Shown: positions 1 to 11,103, counted from the stretch's first letter. The stretch is DNA of 64,000 bases from Candidatus Pacearchaeota archaeon (GCA_018303945.1 JAGVXD010000019.1:2975-66974); one strand, 5' to 3'. Numbers and translations are program-made. Notes: a model not told the origin generated them from the sequence alone.

Positions 1-1
1 G

Positions 2-196
2 CCTCGTGATGAGATACCTAAAGATTGGAGATATAAAGGAGAATTCCATAACTGGTATAAAAGTTATAATGTCAGAGAAATTAATATTGAAAATACAGCG
101 CACCCGGTTAATTTAATGGTTCCGTTCAATGAAGACATTCAATTATTCTGGAATAAAGCAAAAGAATTAAACTGGAAAGTGGAGAAATTAAAATGA
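2..196 (+). CDS. 3' part of a hypothetical protein (truncated by window edge)
   Basis: Open frame PRDEIPKDWRY...WKVEKLK* whose TGA overlaps the next ATG (ATGA). Confidence 0.6.
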   Translation, partial: PRDEIPKDWRYKGEFHNWYKSYNVREINIENTAHPVNLMVPFNEDIQLFWNKAKELNWKVEKLK

Positions 197-519
197 AGAT
201 AAAAAAAGACAAATACTTAAGAGAAAGAGGAGGCACGACTAAAATAATAAAAGTCTCTTGTATGAAATGCAATTCCCCAATATTTATTTATCAAAAAGAC
301 GGGCCTGGATGGCTGAAAAGATGTTACCTAAATAGAATTATAGAATCGGAAAATTATCCGCATCTTATCAATAATATAAAAGACATCTCAAACCTTCATA
401 ATCTGAAATGTAAATGTGGAAATATTATAGGATATCCAATAAGGCATAAAGATGGAAGGCTGGCATTTTCATTAATCAGAGGAAAATTTAAACGCTCTCC
501 TTATAAGGTGAAAAAATGA
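193..519 (+). CDS. small basic Zn-finger hypothetical protein
   Basis: 108 aa ORF with CxxC and CxC motifs; ATGA overlaps with both neighbours. Confidence 0.7.
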   Translation: MKIKKDKYLRERGGTTKIIKVSCMKCNSPIFIYQKDGPGWLKRCYLNRIIESENYPHLINNIKDISNLHNLKCKCGNIIGYPIRHKDGRLAFSLIRGKFKRSPYKVKK

Positions 520-968
520 ACTTTAGATTTATAACATCTTCGGAAAAGAAGCAGATTATTGAAAAGCTCAATGAGCAGTTTGGAATAGAAGAACTGCCAT
601 ACTTGCTTGGAGAGACGGGCAAGGAGAAAATACGCGCATTTTCAGGTTCATTCTCAAAAGATGAGATACTTCAGTTAGCCCAGATAGCAAATATTGAGAT
701 TATAGGGATGTATATTATAAAGCGTGAACACGGCCTGCGTTTAAGCTTTGACGCTACACAGATTTTGAGCAAAGAAATTAAAGATAATATAGTGGATATA
801 ACTCCTGACCAAAGAGAAGCCTGGCTTAGAGGAGAAGACCTTGATATTTCTGCCCAACATGGAACTGTTCTTATACGTCAGAATAACGACTTCTTGGGAT
901 GTGGGAAATCCACAGGAGTAAAAATAATAAATCATGTGCCGAAAGAAAGAAGAAGAAGACATAGATAA
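516..968 (+). CDS. NIP7/RsmF-type PUA-domain RNA-binding protein
   Basis: WLRGEDL...FLGCGK...INHVPKERR resembles the PUA domain of NOL1/NOP2/RsmF-associated proteins. Confidence 0.65.
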   Translation: MNFRFITSSEKKQIIEKLNEQFGIEELPYLLGETGKEKIRAFSGSFSKDEILQLAQIANIEIIGMYIIKREHGLRLSFDATQILSKEIKDNIVDITPDQREAWLRGEDLDISAQHGTVLIRQNNDFLGCGKSTGVKIINHVPKERRRRHR

Positions 969-1004
969 CTGCATTTATTATATCTCGCAGAATGGCAGTT
1001 ATCT
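963..1004. repeat. dispersed palindromic repeat, copy 1 (GATAACTGC...GCAGTTATC)
   Basis: Inverted arms AGATAACTGC/GCAGTTATCT; related copies at 7989 and 60282. Confidence 0.65.
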
Positions 1005-1008
1005 CTAG

Positions 1009-2964
1009 CTACCAGTAAGTTCCCTGCTTCTTCTTATACCATAATGTGGTAATTATGCCAATTAATGCGATAAAGAATATTAAAGCAGCAAGTATCTTTT
1101 TTGGATAAGTGCTTCCAATAATTGCTCCAGTAATTGGTAAATTTGTATTATTAGTTGAATTTAATAGCTCATTATTAGGAATTGAATTAAATCCTGCTAA
1201 TGTGAGATTTTGAAAACTTGTATTGCTGCCCACATTAGAAATGTTTGTACCAACTATGCTTGCCGGAGTCTGTGAAGATGAGCCTCCCTGATTTGAAGAA
1301 CTAGAACTGCTTGTAGAGGGCGGTTGTGTCGGAGCTTGAGGAGATAAAAGCAAAACAAAAGAAAGTTTGTATATTCCTGTGCCTGGAACACTAAACTTTA
1401 CAATACTGCCGTTTAATTCTGTGCTGTTAAGGCAAACTGAAGAAAGACACTCTTCGCCATCTTTCAAAAGTGTATGGTTGCTTGCATTTAAAGGCAAATC
1501 AGTAAAGGTGACGTTTGCTGAAACATTCATTCCTGATGATGTAGACTTAAGTTCTATAGTTGCATTGTCGAGAAATATATCTAAAGATAGATTGCTTCCG
1601 GAGCCGTCTAGAGAAGATAAAAATACTATCTCTCCAATGCCCGTACGCCCTAGACTAAGCATGCTTTCAATAAAAGTATATCTTCCGAGCAAAACATCCC
1701 ATAAAATTATACCTTTCACACCTGCACTAGCAGTCCTTATGTCGTCAAATCCATTTGCTGTATTTGAGACTTGCATGCCGTAAATTGAGATATTTTCACT
1801 CCCCAAATTTAATAAGACTGCTTCTTTTTGGGAAGAATTGATAAAGCTTCTGTTCAATAAAATGTTTGTGCTTCTTTCTGTATATATTCCGTTTCTGCCG
1901 TCATATATATCATTATTCTCTAAAATTATAAAAGAAGAATTGTGAACTATATGAAAACCAGAGCCATTGTTCGACATTATCTTGCTGTTGAATATGGAGT
2001 TTCTCGGACTCTTCTCAAAATAAACCCCGTGTCCATTATTATTTATAGAAGAAATGTTTGATATTGAGTTGTTTGAGCTTGTCAATAAAACAATTCCTAT
2101 TCCATGATTATTGCTGATTTGAATGTTTCTGGCAACTAAATCATCTGATAATTCTACCCTTATTCCCTGAGCCATGTTGTCTCTGCTGACTATATCTTCA
2201 AGCACACTTCGGTTGCTTCCCAACAATAAAATTCCTTGTCTGGAGTTGTTCTCTGTAATTATATCTCTTAAAATAGCTTTATTACTGTACTCTGCCCTGA
2301 TTCCGTAATTTTTATTATTACTGGCACTGCTATTGTAAATTGTTGTTCTATGTGAGCCTAAATGAACATATATTCCATTATTTTCATTGTTGCGGCTTTC
2401 TATTCCTCCAATTCTAATGTTCTCGCTTGTTTTAAGGCGCACACCGTATTCAAACCCATTCTCTATTAAGCTATTGCCTATAAAGCCCTCATCTATTGTA
2501 TAGAAAAATATCCCGCTATTATTATTTCCTGATGCGTTTGCATGCAAGACCGACAAGTTTTGCGAGAAATCTCCTTGTATGCCACTGTCAGTATTATTTA
2601 TTACCTGAACGCTGTCAACTATTACGCTTTTAGAATTCTTTACATATATCCCTCTTGAAAAACTATCTGCTGTTATATTGACAACTTTTACATAATTTGA
2701 ACCGCTTACATAAACCCCATAGCCGCCCCCCGTACCAGTTATAGAGAAATTCTTCCCGTCAAGAACTATGTCCTCCCCATCTATAATGAGACATGTCCCG
2801 TTTGTAGAAATGCTATTGTTTAATGAGTAATTGCCTGCACTGCTTATTTTCTGGCATTCGTTTATTAAAACTTCGGCTTCTGCCCCGCTTATCATTACTG
2901 CTAGAAATAAAAACGGAAGAAGATATTTCACTTTAGAAAAAGTGTTCATGTTAAAAATAACCAA
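1009..2964 (-). CDS. secreted, membrane-anchored right-handed beta-helix (NosD/pectin-lyase-like) surface protein
   Basis: Signal peptide, many N-x-x-x-G-I repeats, Ser/Thr/Pro linker, C-terminal TM helix and basic tail. Confidence 0.85.
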   Translation of the reverse strand: MVIFNMNTFSKVKYLLPFLFLAVMISGAEAEVLINECQKISSAGNYSLNNSISTNGTCLIIDGEDIVLDGKNFSITGTGGGYGVYVSGSNYVKVVNITADSFSRGIYVKNSKSVIVDSVQVINNTDSGIQGDFSQNLSVLHANASGNNNSGIFFYTIDEGFIGNSLIENGFEYGVRLKTSENIRIGGIESRNNENNGIYVHLGSHRTTIYNSSASNNKNYGIRAEYSNKAILRDIITENNSRQGILLLGSNRSVLEDIVSRDNMAQGIRVELSDDLVARNIQISNNHGIGIVLLTSSNNSISNISSINNNGHGVYFEKSPRNSIFNSKIMSNNGSGFHIVHNSSFIILENNDIYDGRNGIYTERSTNILLNRSFINSSQKEAVLLNLGSENISIYGMQVSNTANGFDDIRTASAGVKGIILWDVLLGRYTFIESMLSLGRTGIGEIVFLSSLDGSGSNLSLDIFLDNATIELKSTSSGMNVSANVTFTDLPLNASNHTLLKDGEECLSSVCLNSTELNGSIVKFSVPGTGIYKLSFVLLLSPQAPTQPPSTSSSSSSNQGGSSSQTPASIVGTNISNVGSNTSFQNLTLAGFNSIPNNELLNSTNNTNLPITGAIIGSTYPKKILAALIFFIALIGIITTLWYKKKQGTYW

Positions 2965-3052
2965 CTGTAAAATATAAAGCGACGTTGTATCTTATAAGAC
3001 TACTATAGCCCTACTGCACAAAGCTATTTAAATATCTACCCTCTAAAAAATT

Positions 3053-3973
3053 ATGGACAACAAAGAAATTCTAAATCTGGAAAAAGCAGGAAAGATAGCT
3101 AGCCAAACAGTCAAGTATGCCAGAAATTTTATAAAAAGAGACATGTTCTTGCTTAATATAGCGGAAGAGATAGAAGATAAAATAATTCAACTTGGAGGAT
3201 CTCCAGCTTTTCCCATAAATCTCTCTATAAATGAAGTGGCGGCTCATTCTACGCCTGCATATAATGATAGTGCAAAGGCGCATGGACTCTTGAAAATAGA
3301 TATTGGGGTGCACATTAACGGCTATATTGCTGACACGGCTTTCTCACTTGACCTGGACAATTTAGAAGAGAATAAGAAACTTATTAACGCTGCAGAAGCG
3401 GCGCTTTTATCTGCAGTAGAATTGGTAAAAGAAAAGAAGATAGTGAAAGTAAGAGAGATTGGAGCAGTAATATCTAAGACTATAGAAAAGTACGGATTGC
3501 AGGCAGTGCGCAACCTTTCGGGACACTCAATAGAAAAGAACGAGATACATGCAGGCATAACCATTCCAAATTATGATAATGCACAGGAAAAAATTCTTGA
3601 AAAAGGCATCTATGCCATAGAGCCATTTGTAACAAATGGTGTAGGTACTGTTCGTGATGGCAAGCCATCTGGAATTTATGCCTTGACAAAAGAAGGAAAT
3701 GTAAGAGATCAGTTTGCGCGAGAAGTCCTTACATACATTAAAGAAAACTATCTTACCAGACCATTCTGCTCCCGCTGGCTCTATAAAAAATTCGGCTCTC
3801 GTGCTCTTATAGCATTAAAGCGGATTGAAGAATCCGGGCTTTTGCATAATTACCCTCAATTAATAGAATCTTCCGGCAAACCGGTCGCCCAAGCCGAGCA
3901 CACTATAGCCATAACATCAAAAGATGTAATTATTTTAACAGATATAATAGATAGTCTAAATATTTATAAATAG
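3053..3973 (+). CDS. map: methionine aminopeptidase type II
   Basis: AAHST, KIDIGVH, DTAF, NLSGH, AIEPF and AQAEHT motifs. Confidence 0.95.
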   Translation: MDNKEILNLEKAGKIASQTVKYARNFIKRDMFLLNIAEEIEDKIIQLGGSPAFPINLSINEVAAHSTPAYNDSAKAHGLLKIDIGVHINGYIADTAFSLDLDNLEENKKLINAAEAALLSAVELVKEKKIVKVREIGAVISKTIEKYGLQAVRNLSGHSIEKNEIHAGITIPNYDNAQEKILEKGIYAIEPFVTNGVGTVRDGKPSGIYALTKEGNVRDQFAREVLTYIKENYLTRPFCSRWLYKKFGSRALIALKRIEESGLLHNYPQLIESSGKPVAQAEHTIAITSKDVIILTDIIDSLNIYK

Positions 3974-3991
3974 ATTGTTATCTAAAAAATA

Positions 3992-4399
3992 ATGTCAATA
4001 GCATATAAATTATTTGGAGTCCCTAAAACACTTGATGAATTTTTAGATAAAGTCAAAAGAAAAGGATATAATAAAGTAAATATAAATTTATGGAGTTATG
4101 ATAACGATGACGGTTTTGGACCATTTAATTATCATACTGTCGTTGATATTCGGGCTGGAAAAATAAAATTGAAACTTAATGAATATACTTATGTGAGAAC
4201 TTGGAATTTAAATGACACAATAATAGGCAAAGCTAAAATTGAGCTGGCTGCTCTAAATGAAGCAGCAGAAACTGCAGACAAATTAAAAATTCATGGTTTG
4301 GAATCAACTATTAACAATAAATCAACAGACGAATTAAAGAAAGAAATTAGTAAATATGCTGGAGAAATACTAGAAAAAGAGCGGGAATTTAATAAGTAA
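3992..4399 (+). CDS. hypothetical protein
   Basis: 135 aa ORF preceded by a TTTATAAA box. Confidence 0.65.
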   Translation: MSIAYKLFGVPKTLDEFLDKVKRKGYNKVNINLWSYDNDDGFGPFNYHTVVDIRAGKIKLKLNEYTYVRTWNLNDTIIGKAKIELAALNEAAETADKLKIHGLESTINNKSTDELKKEISKYAGEILEKEREFNK

Positions 4400-4508
4400 G
4401 TCGCTCTCTAGATTATATAATTCTGCCTTGGATTGAGTGGGGGGAATATGCTTTTTAATTACTTATGTCTTGCTTTGTAAATGCGAAGTGAGTGATAGAA
4501 TTTTTTAT

Positions 4509-6800
4509 TTACCCTGTATAAATAGGTCCAACTTCAAGCGTTCCTGCCTTTGCATTCTTTATATAATACTCTTCCATCTTCTTATATCGCTTTGCAGTCT
4601 CTGGAGATACAGAAGGTTTAACTCTATTAAACGCTTCTTCAAAATCCTTGCGTGAAACGTTTTTGCTTGTTATATCGCGTCGGAGTGCACTCATTGCTGC
4701 TTCTCTTACAAGTCCCTCTATGTCAGCACCAACAAATCCTTCAGTCTGTTTTACCAATTCATCTATGCGTACATCTTCAGCAAGAGGAGTGTTCTTTGTA
4801 TGTACCTCAAATATCTTCTTCCTGCTTTGCGCATCAGGAACATCTACAAGTATTACTCTGTCAAATCTTCCCGGACGCAAAAGGGCTGGGTCCAGCATAT
4901 CAGGTCTGTTAGTAGCTCCCACGACTGTTACATCTTTAAGTCCTTCAAGACCATCCATCTCTGCAAGAAGTTGATTTAAAACTCTTTCTGTGACTTTTGT
5001 CCCGCTTTCAAAACCCCTCCTTCCTGCAAGTGAGTCAATCTCATCAAAGAAAATAACGCAGGGAGATACCTGCCTTGCTCTTTCAAACACTTTCCTGACT
5101 CCCTCTTCACTCTTTCCCACCCACATGCTCAACAAGGAAGGTCCTTTGACTGAAATAAAGTTTGCCTCACTTTCCTTAGCTACTGCTTTTGCCAATAATG
5201 TCTTTCCTGTTCCCGGAGGACCATATAACAAAATGCCTCTTGGAGCTCTCACCCCTAGACGCTTGAAGCTTTCAGGACTTTTCAATGGCCACTCAATCGC
5301 CTCACGCAAGTCTCTCTTAGTATTATCTAAACCTCCAATATCTTCCCAGCTTACATTCGGAGTCTCAACAAGAACTTCACGCATTGCGCTTGGTCTGACA
5401 ACCTTCAGCGATTCCTCAAAATCATCTCCGCTAATGACTATCTTATCAAGAACTTCTTGCGGAATTGCTTCATCATCTTCTAATTTTAATTCTGGAAGTA
5501 ATTTTCTTAGTAAATTCATTGCCGCTTCTTTCGTTAATGCTGATAAATCTGCTCCTACAAATCCGTGAGTCTTTGCAGCAAGGGCTTCAAGATTTACACT
5601 TTTGTGCAAAGGCATATTTCTAGTATGAATTTTTAAGATATTAAGGCGTGCTTGCTTGTCCGGAACAGAAATTTCAACTTCCCTGTCAAATCTTCCAGGA
5701 CGTCTTAAAGCAGGGTCAATAGAATTGACTCTGTTAGTTGCACCTATAACTATTATTCTTCCTCTTGACTTCAAACCATCCATCATAGTCAGGAGCTGTG
5801 AAACAACTCTTCTCTCAACTTCTCCCTGAACTTCCTCACGTTTTGGAGCAATAGCGTCAACTTCGTCTATGAATATAATTGAAGGCGCATTCTTCTCCGC
5901 ATCTTCAAATATATCTCTTATTTTCTTTTCAGACTCTCCGTAAAACTTGCTCATTATTTCTGGACCATTAAGCAAAATAAAATGTGCTTCTGATTCGTTA
6001 GCTACTGCTTTTGCCAATAATGTCTTTCCTGTTCCAGGAGGACCATGGAGCAAAACTCCTTTAGGGGGCTCTATACCCAGTTTATCAAATATCTCTGGAT
6101 GCTTGAGGGGCAACTCAACCATTTCTCTTATCTTCTTGACTTCATCTGTTAATCCGCCAATATCTTCATAAGTAACATCAGGCACTGCTTCTTCTGAAAC
6201 ATCAACTGATTTTGCATTTACAAAGAGCTCTGTATCCTCTGTAATAATGCATGGTTGGTTTGGAGTAGTAGAAACAACGACAAACTTTAACTGCTGAAAT
6301 CCGGAGAACCCCAACTGTCCACCAAACAATTCATTGAAATCGCTTATAATATCTGGAAAATTATCGTGCATCATGTCTCTTCTCCTCTGCACCCCTCCTA
6401 AAGAGATAATATCTCCCTTGGCAACTGCTCGTCCTAAAAGTCCGTTCTTGAAAACTTCTGGATCTCCATGTATCATGACTCCTTGTTGAGCCGGGGCTAT
6501 TGAGACTTTAGTTGCCGCTTTTGCATTTACCTTGCTTACTATTACCTGCTCGCCTACTCCAGTTCTGGCGTTTCTTCTTATTAATCCATCAATTCTGATT
6601 ATATGCTCGCCTACATCTGCAGGATAAGCTCTATCAACAATAGCTACAGTTTCACGTGCCCCTTTGATAGAAATAATCTCCCCTCTGCTTAAACCAAGTG
6701 ATTTCATTAATTGAGGATCAATTCTAGCTATGCCCTTATATGCATCATCTTGCAATGCTTCTACAACCTTAAGTCTAATTTCTTGCTGTTTCATTTCCAA
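4509..6800 (-). CDS. cdc48: CDC48/VCP family AAA+ ATPase
   Basis: N-domain plus two AAA modules ([21 protein letters not shown]). Confidence 0.97.
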   Translation of the reverse strand: MEMKQQEIRLKVVEALQDDAYKGIARIDPQLMKSLGLSRGEIISIKGARETVAIVDRAYPADVGEHIIRIDGLIRRNARTGVGEQVIVSKVNAKAATKVSIAPAQQGVMIHGDPEVFKNGLLGRAVAKGDIISLGGVQRRRDMMHDNFPDIISDFNELFGGQLGFSGFQQLKFVVVSTTPNQPCIITEDTELFVNAKSVDVSEEAVPDVTYEDIGGLTDEVKKIREMVELPLKHPEIFDKLGIEPPKGVLLHGPPGTGKTLLAKAVANESEAHFILLNGPEIMSKFYGESEKKIRDIFEDAEKNAPSIIFIDEVDAIAPKREEVQGEVERRVVSQLLTMMDGLKSRGRIIVIGATNRVNSIDPALRRPGRFDREVEISVPDKQARLNILKIHTRNMPLHKSVNLEALAAKTHGFVGADLSALTKEAAMNLLRKLLPELKLEDDEAIPQEVLDKIVISGDDFEESLKVVRPSAMREVLVETPNVSWEDIGGLDNTKRDLREAIEWPLKSPESFKRLGVRAPRGILLYGPPGTGKTLLAKAVAKESEANFISVKGPSLLSMWVGKSEEGVRKVFERARQVSPCVIFFDEIDSLAGRRGFESGTKVTERVLNQLLAEMDGLEGLKDVTVVGATNRPDMLDPALLRPGRFDRVILVDVPDAQSRKKIFEVHTKNTPLAEDVRIDELVKQTEGFVGADIEGLVREAAMSALRRDITSKNVSRKDFEEAFNRVKPSVSPETAKRYKKMEEYYIKNAKAGTLEVGPIYTG

Positions 6801-7140
6801 ACCTCACACTCAAAGTATCAAAGTCCTCGAAACATAATCTCACCATTTCATCCATTTGTCTACGCGCTTGTCTGTGCTTTTCATTAACAAAATCAAGTAT
6901 TTCCTTGGGAATGCTTATTGCATGGCTATTCCCAACCATGCGTAGCTTTACAGTAAATGTCTTGCTTCGTAATGTATTAAAGGATTCCAAAGCATTTAAA
7001 TCTGCTGGGTGTACAATATTATCGTGGCATGAGGGACATTCTACCGCTCTAAGCTCAAATCCTTCTTTTTTAACGCTTGTCGGTACCATCTCACGCTGAC
7101 AATTTTTGCACAATATCGTCGCATCAAATATATCTATCAT
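6775..7140 (-). CDS. Zn-ribbon/AbrB-like DNA-binding protein
   Basis: Two CxxC pairs followed by VKLRMVGNSHAISIPKEI (AbrB-type). Confidence 0.75.
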   Translation of the reverse strand: MIDIFDATILCKNCQREMVPTSVKKEGFELRAVECPSCHDNIVHPADLNALESFNTLRSKTFTVKLRMVGNSHAISIPKEILDFVNEKHRQARRQMDEMVRLCFEDFDTLSVRFGNETARN

Positions 7141-7209
7141 GGAATTACCTTATGTATACATATCTCTGTATACACTAGTATTTAAATCTTGCGTTTTTTT
7201 AAGAAATAT

Positions 7210-7994
7210 ATGAATGAAAGACTTGAAAAAAACAAGGAATCTATGGCTATTCTTACAAATGACCCTACATACAAAAGAATACAAGAAATAGGCAATCAAA
7301 TAGTACACAATCCCTATCATCCACGTGAACTTGTTTATCTCGAAGACAAAAAAGCTAACAAATATAGTGATTCTCTGGACATGCTAGCTAACCTTACTCA
7401 TGGCATAAATTCATGTGTTCTTACAGGGAAATTGGCTATACTACAACTTTAGGTTTTTTCTATAGAGAGCACTCAGCACTTCATCTGGGAATAAATTCGG
7501 CTTTCCTCCCGCAACTTCTTGCCAGATTAAGCGAGTATAATATTTATCTTTATTCCCGCCTCTCAATGATGCGTGAATTTGATACAAAAAAACGCGACAA
7601 TTACGAACCAGTCAATGAAACGGAGATAATAAAACTTTCAAGAGGAGAAAGATTGGAAAAAAGAATACTGGGATTTATTGATAAAACAAAAAACCTTCGC
7701 TTAATTCAGGTTAAAAGATATGGCTGGATTGAGCCGCACGAAAATCTAAACAGCTATGTTGATTTATATATTCATCATTATAAAAACGGCCAGCTTTATT
7801 CAAACGATGATAAGCCAAGAGAAATAAATGGATATTTTTCAGGAGCAGTCTATAAAACAAAATCTGGGATTTCTCTACCTATTGTAAATTTGAGATATCT
7901 CTACGAAATAAAAAAAGAGAGATTTGAAAAAAAGATGGGAGAAACTGATGCTTTTGATTTGGCAATGATAACTATATACTTGAAATATGGATAA
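7210..7994 (+). pseudogene. frameshifted nucleotidyltransferase-like hypothetical gene
   Basis: Two overlapping ORFs join at about 7447 to give VLTGKLAILQLGFFYREHSALHLGI, resembling a degenerate NTase motif; a one-base indel could be a sequencing error. Confidence 0.45.
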
Positions 7995-8083
7995 CTGCAT
8001 TGCTTAGATGACAACGAGTGGCAGTTATTCAGACAGAGAACTGCGTACAAATATGTAATCTAACCTGCGCAGTTCTCTATATC
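7989..8083. repeat. dispersed double-hairpin repeat, copy 2
   Basis: GGATAACTGC...GCAGTTATTC followed by AGAGAACTGCG...CGCAGTTCTCT; homologous to 60282-60376. Confidence 0.7.
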
Positions 8084-8131
8084 AAAACTCAAAAAACTAA
8101 CGTTTATTAATCCTGTGTTCATATCCCTAAT

Positions 8132-9478
8132 ATGCAAAAAGAGGAAGGGGCAAATGATAGAAAGAAACAGAAAGCCCTCTCGGTAAGCATAAAGGAAGGA
8201 TGTGCTGCAGGCGTTTCATCAAGCATAGGAGAGACATATATAACTCCTATGGCTCTAGCAGTCAATACACAGCCACTACAGATAGGATTTCTTAATTCAA
8301 TTCCCGGAATAGCCGGACCGCTTGCTCAATTGTTTGGAAGTAAATTAATGGAAAGTCTTTCCAGAAAGAAAATTGTCATGCTTTTTGTTTTAATGCAGGC
8401 ACTTCTCTGGATTCCAATTGGCTTATTGGCTGTTCTAGTGCACTTTAATATTCTGACTTCTAACGCCCCAATATACCTTATTATTGCATATACAATCGTT
8501 GTAATTGCAGGAAGCGTCGCACATCCGGCATGGTTTTCCTGGATGGGAGACCTTGTTCCAGCATCAGATAGAGGCAAATACTTCAGTCTGCGTAATAGAG
8601 CAATAGGGACGACAGGTCTTGTGACTGTCCTGGCAGGTGCATTTATGTTAGATTTATTTAAGACTCAAGGATATATTCTCCTGGGATTTGCATTGTTATT
8701 TGCAATAGCGTCAACTTCGCGTATGATTTCCTACATTCTCTTAAGAAAACAATACTCTCCTAAATTTCGCGTATTGAAAAGAGATTATTTTTCTTTCTGG
8801 CAGTTCATGAAAAAGATGGACAATTATGGAAAGTTCTCTATTTATCTGGCTTTTTTTAATGGTGCAATAATGATTGCTAGCCCTTTCTTTGCAGTATATA
8901 TGCTTCAATATTTGAAATTCAGCTACGTTACATTTATGATAATAAGCATCAGCTCAACAGTTGTTTATTTATTATCTATTCCAATTGCAGGAAAATTTTC
9001 AGACAGATATGGAAATGTAAAATTAATGCATGTGGCGAATGTTCTATTCATATTGACTCCCATCCTGTGGATATTTATCAAGAACCCATTCTGGCTTATT
9101 GGAATACCTCAAGTAATATCTGGACTGGCAAATGCTGCATTCATAATAGCCGCTACAAACTTTAACTATGATGCTGTTTCTCCGGAAAAAAGAGGTCTTT
9201 GCGTTTCATATAATAATATATTGGTGGGGGCAGGCATGTTTATAGGCCCCATTATCGGTGGATTAATAGTTAATTACTACCATCCATCCGCCTTAAATCC
9301 ATACCTCTTTCTGTTTGGAGTTGCTGCATTTTTCAGACTTGTTGTAGGATTGATATTCTTGCCCGGGATAAAAGAAGTTAAGAAAATAAAATATATTCCT
9401 AATTTTTCAATGGAAGTGACTCATCCATGGAAAGCAATTCATAATGATGTATCCTGGCTGAAACATATTGTTAAATAA
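8132..9478 (+). CDS. MFS transporter
   Basis: About 12 hydrophobic helices; GKFSDRYG loop motif. Confidence 0.9.
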   Translation: MQKEEGANDRKKQKALSVSIKEGCAAGVSSSIGETYITPMALAVNTQPLQIGFLNSIPGIAGPLAQLFGSKLMESLSRKKIVMLFVLMQALLWIPIGLLAVLVHFNILTSNAPIYLIIAYTIVVIAGSVAHPAWFSWMGDLVPASDRGKYFSLRNRAIGTTGLVTVLAGAFMLDLFKTQGYILLGFALLFAIASTSRMISYILLRKQYSPKFRVLKRDYFSFWQFMKKMDNYGKFSIYLAFFNGAIMIASPFFAVYMLQYLKFSYVTFMIISISSTVVYLLSIPIAGKFSDRYGNVKLMHVANVLFILTPILWIFIKNPFWLIGIPQVISGLANAAFIIAATNFNYDAVSPEKRGLCVSYNNILVGAGMFIGPIIGGLIVNYYHPSALNPYLFLFGVAAFFRLVVGLIFLPGIKEVKKIKYIPNFSMEVTHPWKAIHNDVSWLKHIVK

Positions 9479-9531
9479 TGTAGCCTTAAAAAATACATAA
9501 AGTTTAAAAATTTAAAAAGCTTCCAGAAAAC

Positions 9532-10179
9532 ATGTTTTTTAAGAAAAAATCGAGAAAAAATGAAGAAATGTGCCCTGAATGCAAGTCAGTCATAAGCAAT
9601 AAATTTAGCTTTTGCCCATATTGTGGAGAAGGCTTGATTGATGAAGAGCAATATGCGCAGGATTTTGGCATATTGGGCAAGAACGATTTAGAAGACGAAG
9701 AAATAATAGAGAACGCTTTTGTAAACAGCATGGGAATTACAGATAAAATAATTGGCACTTTAATGAACTCTCTCATGAAAAATCTTGAAATGCAGTTTAA
9801 AGAGGCAAATAATGCTGAAATGAAAAACACTCCTAACGGAATAAGAATAAGAATTGGTCCTTCACAGCCAAATGCAGATCATGGCAATATGCAAATGAAT
9901 CGCCCTTTAACTGATAAACAGCTCGAAAAGATGTCTAATTTGCCAAGAGTAGAAGCTAAAAGTCAGGTTCGTAGATTAAGTGACAAAGTAGTCTATGAAC
10001 TAAATACTCTTGGAGTAGAATCTTTAAACGATGTGTTTGTCTCTAAATTAGAAACTGGATATGAGATAAAAGCGATAGGCAAAAACAAGGTATATGTGAA
10101 TAACTTTCCGGCTAATCTCCCGCTGAAGAAATTCGCCCTTCGAGATAAGGGTCTTACAGTAGAATTCGGTCTTGCTTAA
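9532..10179 (+). CDS. zinc-ribbon protein with possible Hsp20-like C-terminal domain
   Basis: CPECK...FCPYCG; beta-rich C-terminus. Confidence 0.65.
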   Translation: MFFKKKSRKNEEMCPECKSVISNKFSFCPYCGEGLIDEEQYAQDFGILGKNDLEDEEIIENAFVNSMGITDKIIGTLMNSLMKNLEMQFKEANNAEMKNTPNGIRIRIGPSQPNADHGNMQMNRPLTDKQLEKMSNLPRVEAKSQVRRLSDKVVYELNTLGVESLNDVFVSKLETGYEIKAIGKNKVYVNNFPANLPLKKFALRDKGLTVEFGLA

Positions 10180-10228
10180 ATATACCAAACGGGAATATTT
10201 TTAAATAGTTAAATCGAATTAAATGTAA

Positions 10229-10381
10229 GATCCCGTAGCTCAGTTGGTTAGAGCGCTGCTCTGATATCAAAAAGTCCTTGCGTTTACCGCACCCTAAAGG
10301 GCGCGGTTTATTTGGGACTTTTGGCAGAAAAAATCAATGTCGGAAAGGCAGAGGTCCCAAGTTCAATTCTTGGCGGGATCA
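10229..10381 (+). tRNA. tRNA-Ile(GAT) with 79-nt intron (10267-10345) at position 37/38
   Basis: Acceptor GATCCCG/CGGGATC, anticodon stem CTGCT/GGCAG, T arm CCAAG-TTCAATT-CTTGG; BHB central helix CTGA/TCGG. Confidence 0.92.
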
Positions 10382-10450
10382 TAATTGCCATTTATCACCT
10401 AACTAGAGAAAACCTTAAGATTATTAAACACGCCTATTCTAAAAAATATT

Positions 10451-10864
10451 ATGAAACCCTTTCAAATTTATCTTGCAGCGCTTATTGCAATAAACTTGAT
10501 ATTGTCTCTTTATTTGGTATATTCAGATAGCAGTTCAAACGCTTTCTGCATTATAGGCAAGAACTGCGATAGCGTGCAAAACTCCGCATATGGAAATTTA
10601 TTCGGTGTTAAACTTAGCTGGATTGGCGTTGTGGCATTTACTTTCTTATTGATATTATATTACCTAAGCCATAGATCATATACTCGTTACAAATTATTCG
10701 CCGCTTCTGCGCTTCTGGGAGCTATTCTAGCTGCCTACTTTATCATAATACAAGCATTTGTTCTTAAGCAAGTTTGTTCAAGCTGCATAGTCATAGACGC
10801 AGTAATGCTAATAATAACAGGTATGAGCGTTTACGAGTACTGCCTGCTAAGAAAGTATTATTAA
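10451..10864 (+). CDS. vitamin K epoxide reductase (VKOR) family protein
   Basis: C...CDSVQNSAYG loop, TM helices and active-site CSSC. Confidence 0.9.
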   Translation: MKPFQIYLAALIAINLILSLYLVYSDSSSNAFCIIGKNCDSVQNSAYGNLFGVKLSWIGVVAFTFLLILYYLSHRSYTRYKLFAASALLGAILAAYFIIIQAFVLKQVCSSCIVIDAVMLIITGMSVYEYCLLRKYY

Positions 10865-10887
10865 CTCTTCATTCATACCGCAGATAT

Positions 10888-10959
10888 GCGGCTTTAGTAT
10901 ATCGGTTAGTATGTGACCTTCCCAAGGTCGAGAGCGGGGTTCGATTCCCCGAAGCCGCA
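10888..10959 (+). tRNA. tRNA-Gly(CCC)
   Basis: GCGGCTT/AAGCCGC acceptor, TGACC-TTCCCAA-GGTCG anticodon arm, GTTCGA T loop. Confidence 0.93.
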
Positions 10960-10960
10960 T

Positions 10961-11034
10961 GGGGTTGTGGGGTAGCTTAGTCAGCCTTCGAGCCTCGGGT
11001 GCTCGCGACCCCGATGCGAATCCGGGCAATCCCA
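10961..11034 (+). tRNA. tRNA-Pro(CGG), non-canonical T and D loops
   Basis: GGGGTTG/CAATCCC acceptor, CGAGC-CTCGGGT-GCTCG anticodon arm; T loop is TGCGAAT. Confidence 0.8.
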
Positions 11035-11103
11035 CTTCTTGATTTCAAGGAACTTAACACTAAGCATCCAACAATTTAAAAATACCCTTAGCTATTTGTA
11101 TGT

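Noticed and set aside
1290..1340. Ser/Pro/Thr low-complexity tract
   Set aside because: Ordinary linker of the surface protein.
5176..6046. Near-identical ~40-nt repeat in cdc48
   Set aside because: It encodes the Walker A motifs of the D1 and D2 domains.
4648..6171. Long antisense ORFs over cdc48 (similar ones over mcm, ftsZ, prf1, topA)
   Set aside because: Shadow frames of conserved genes with no independent coding signal.
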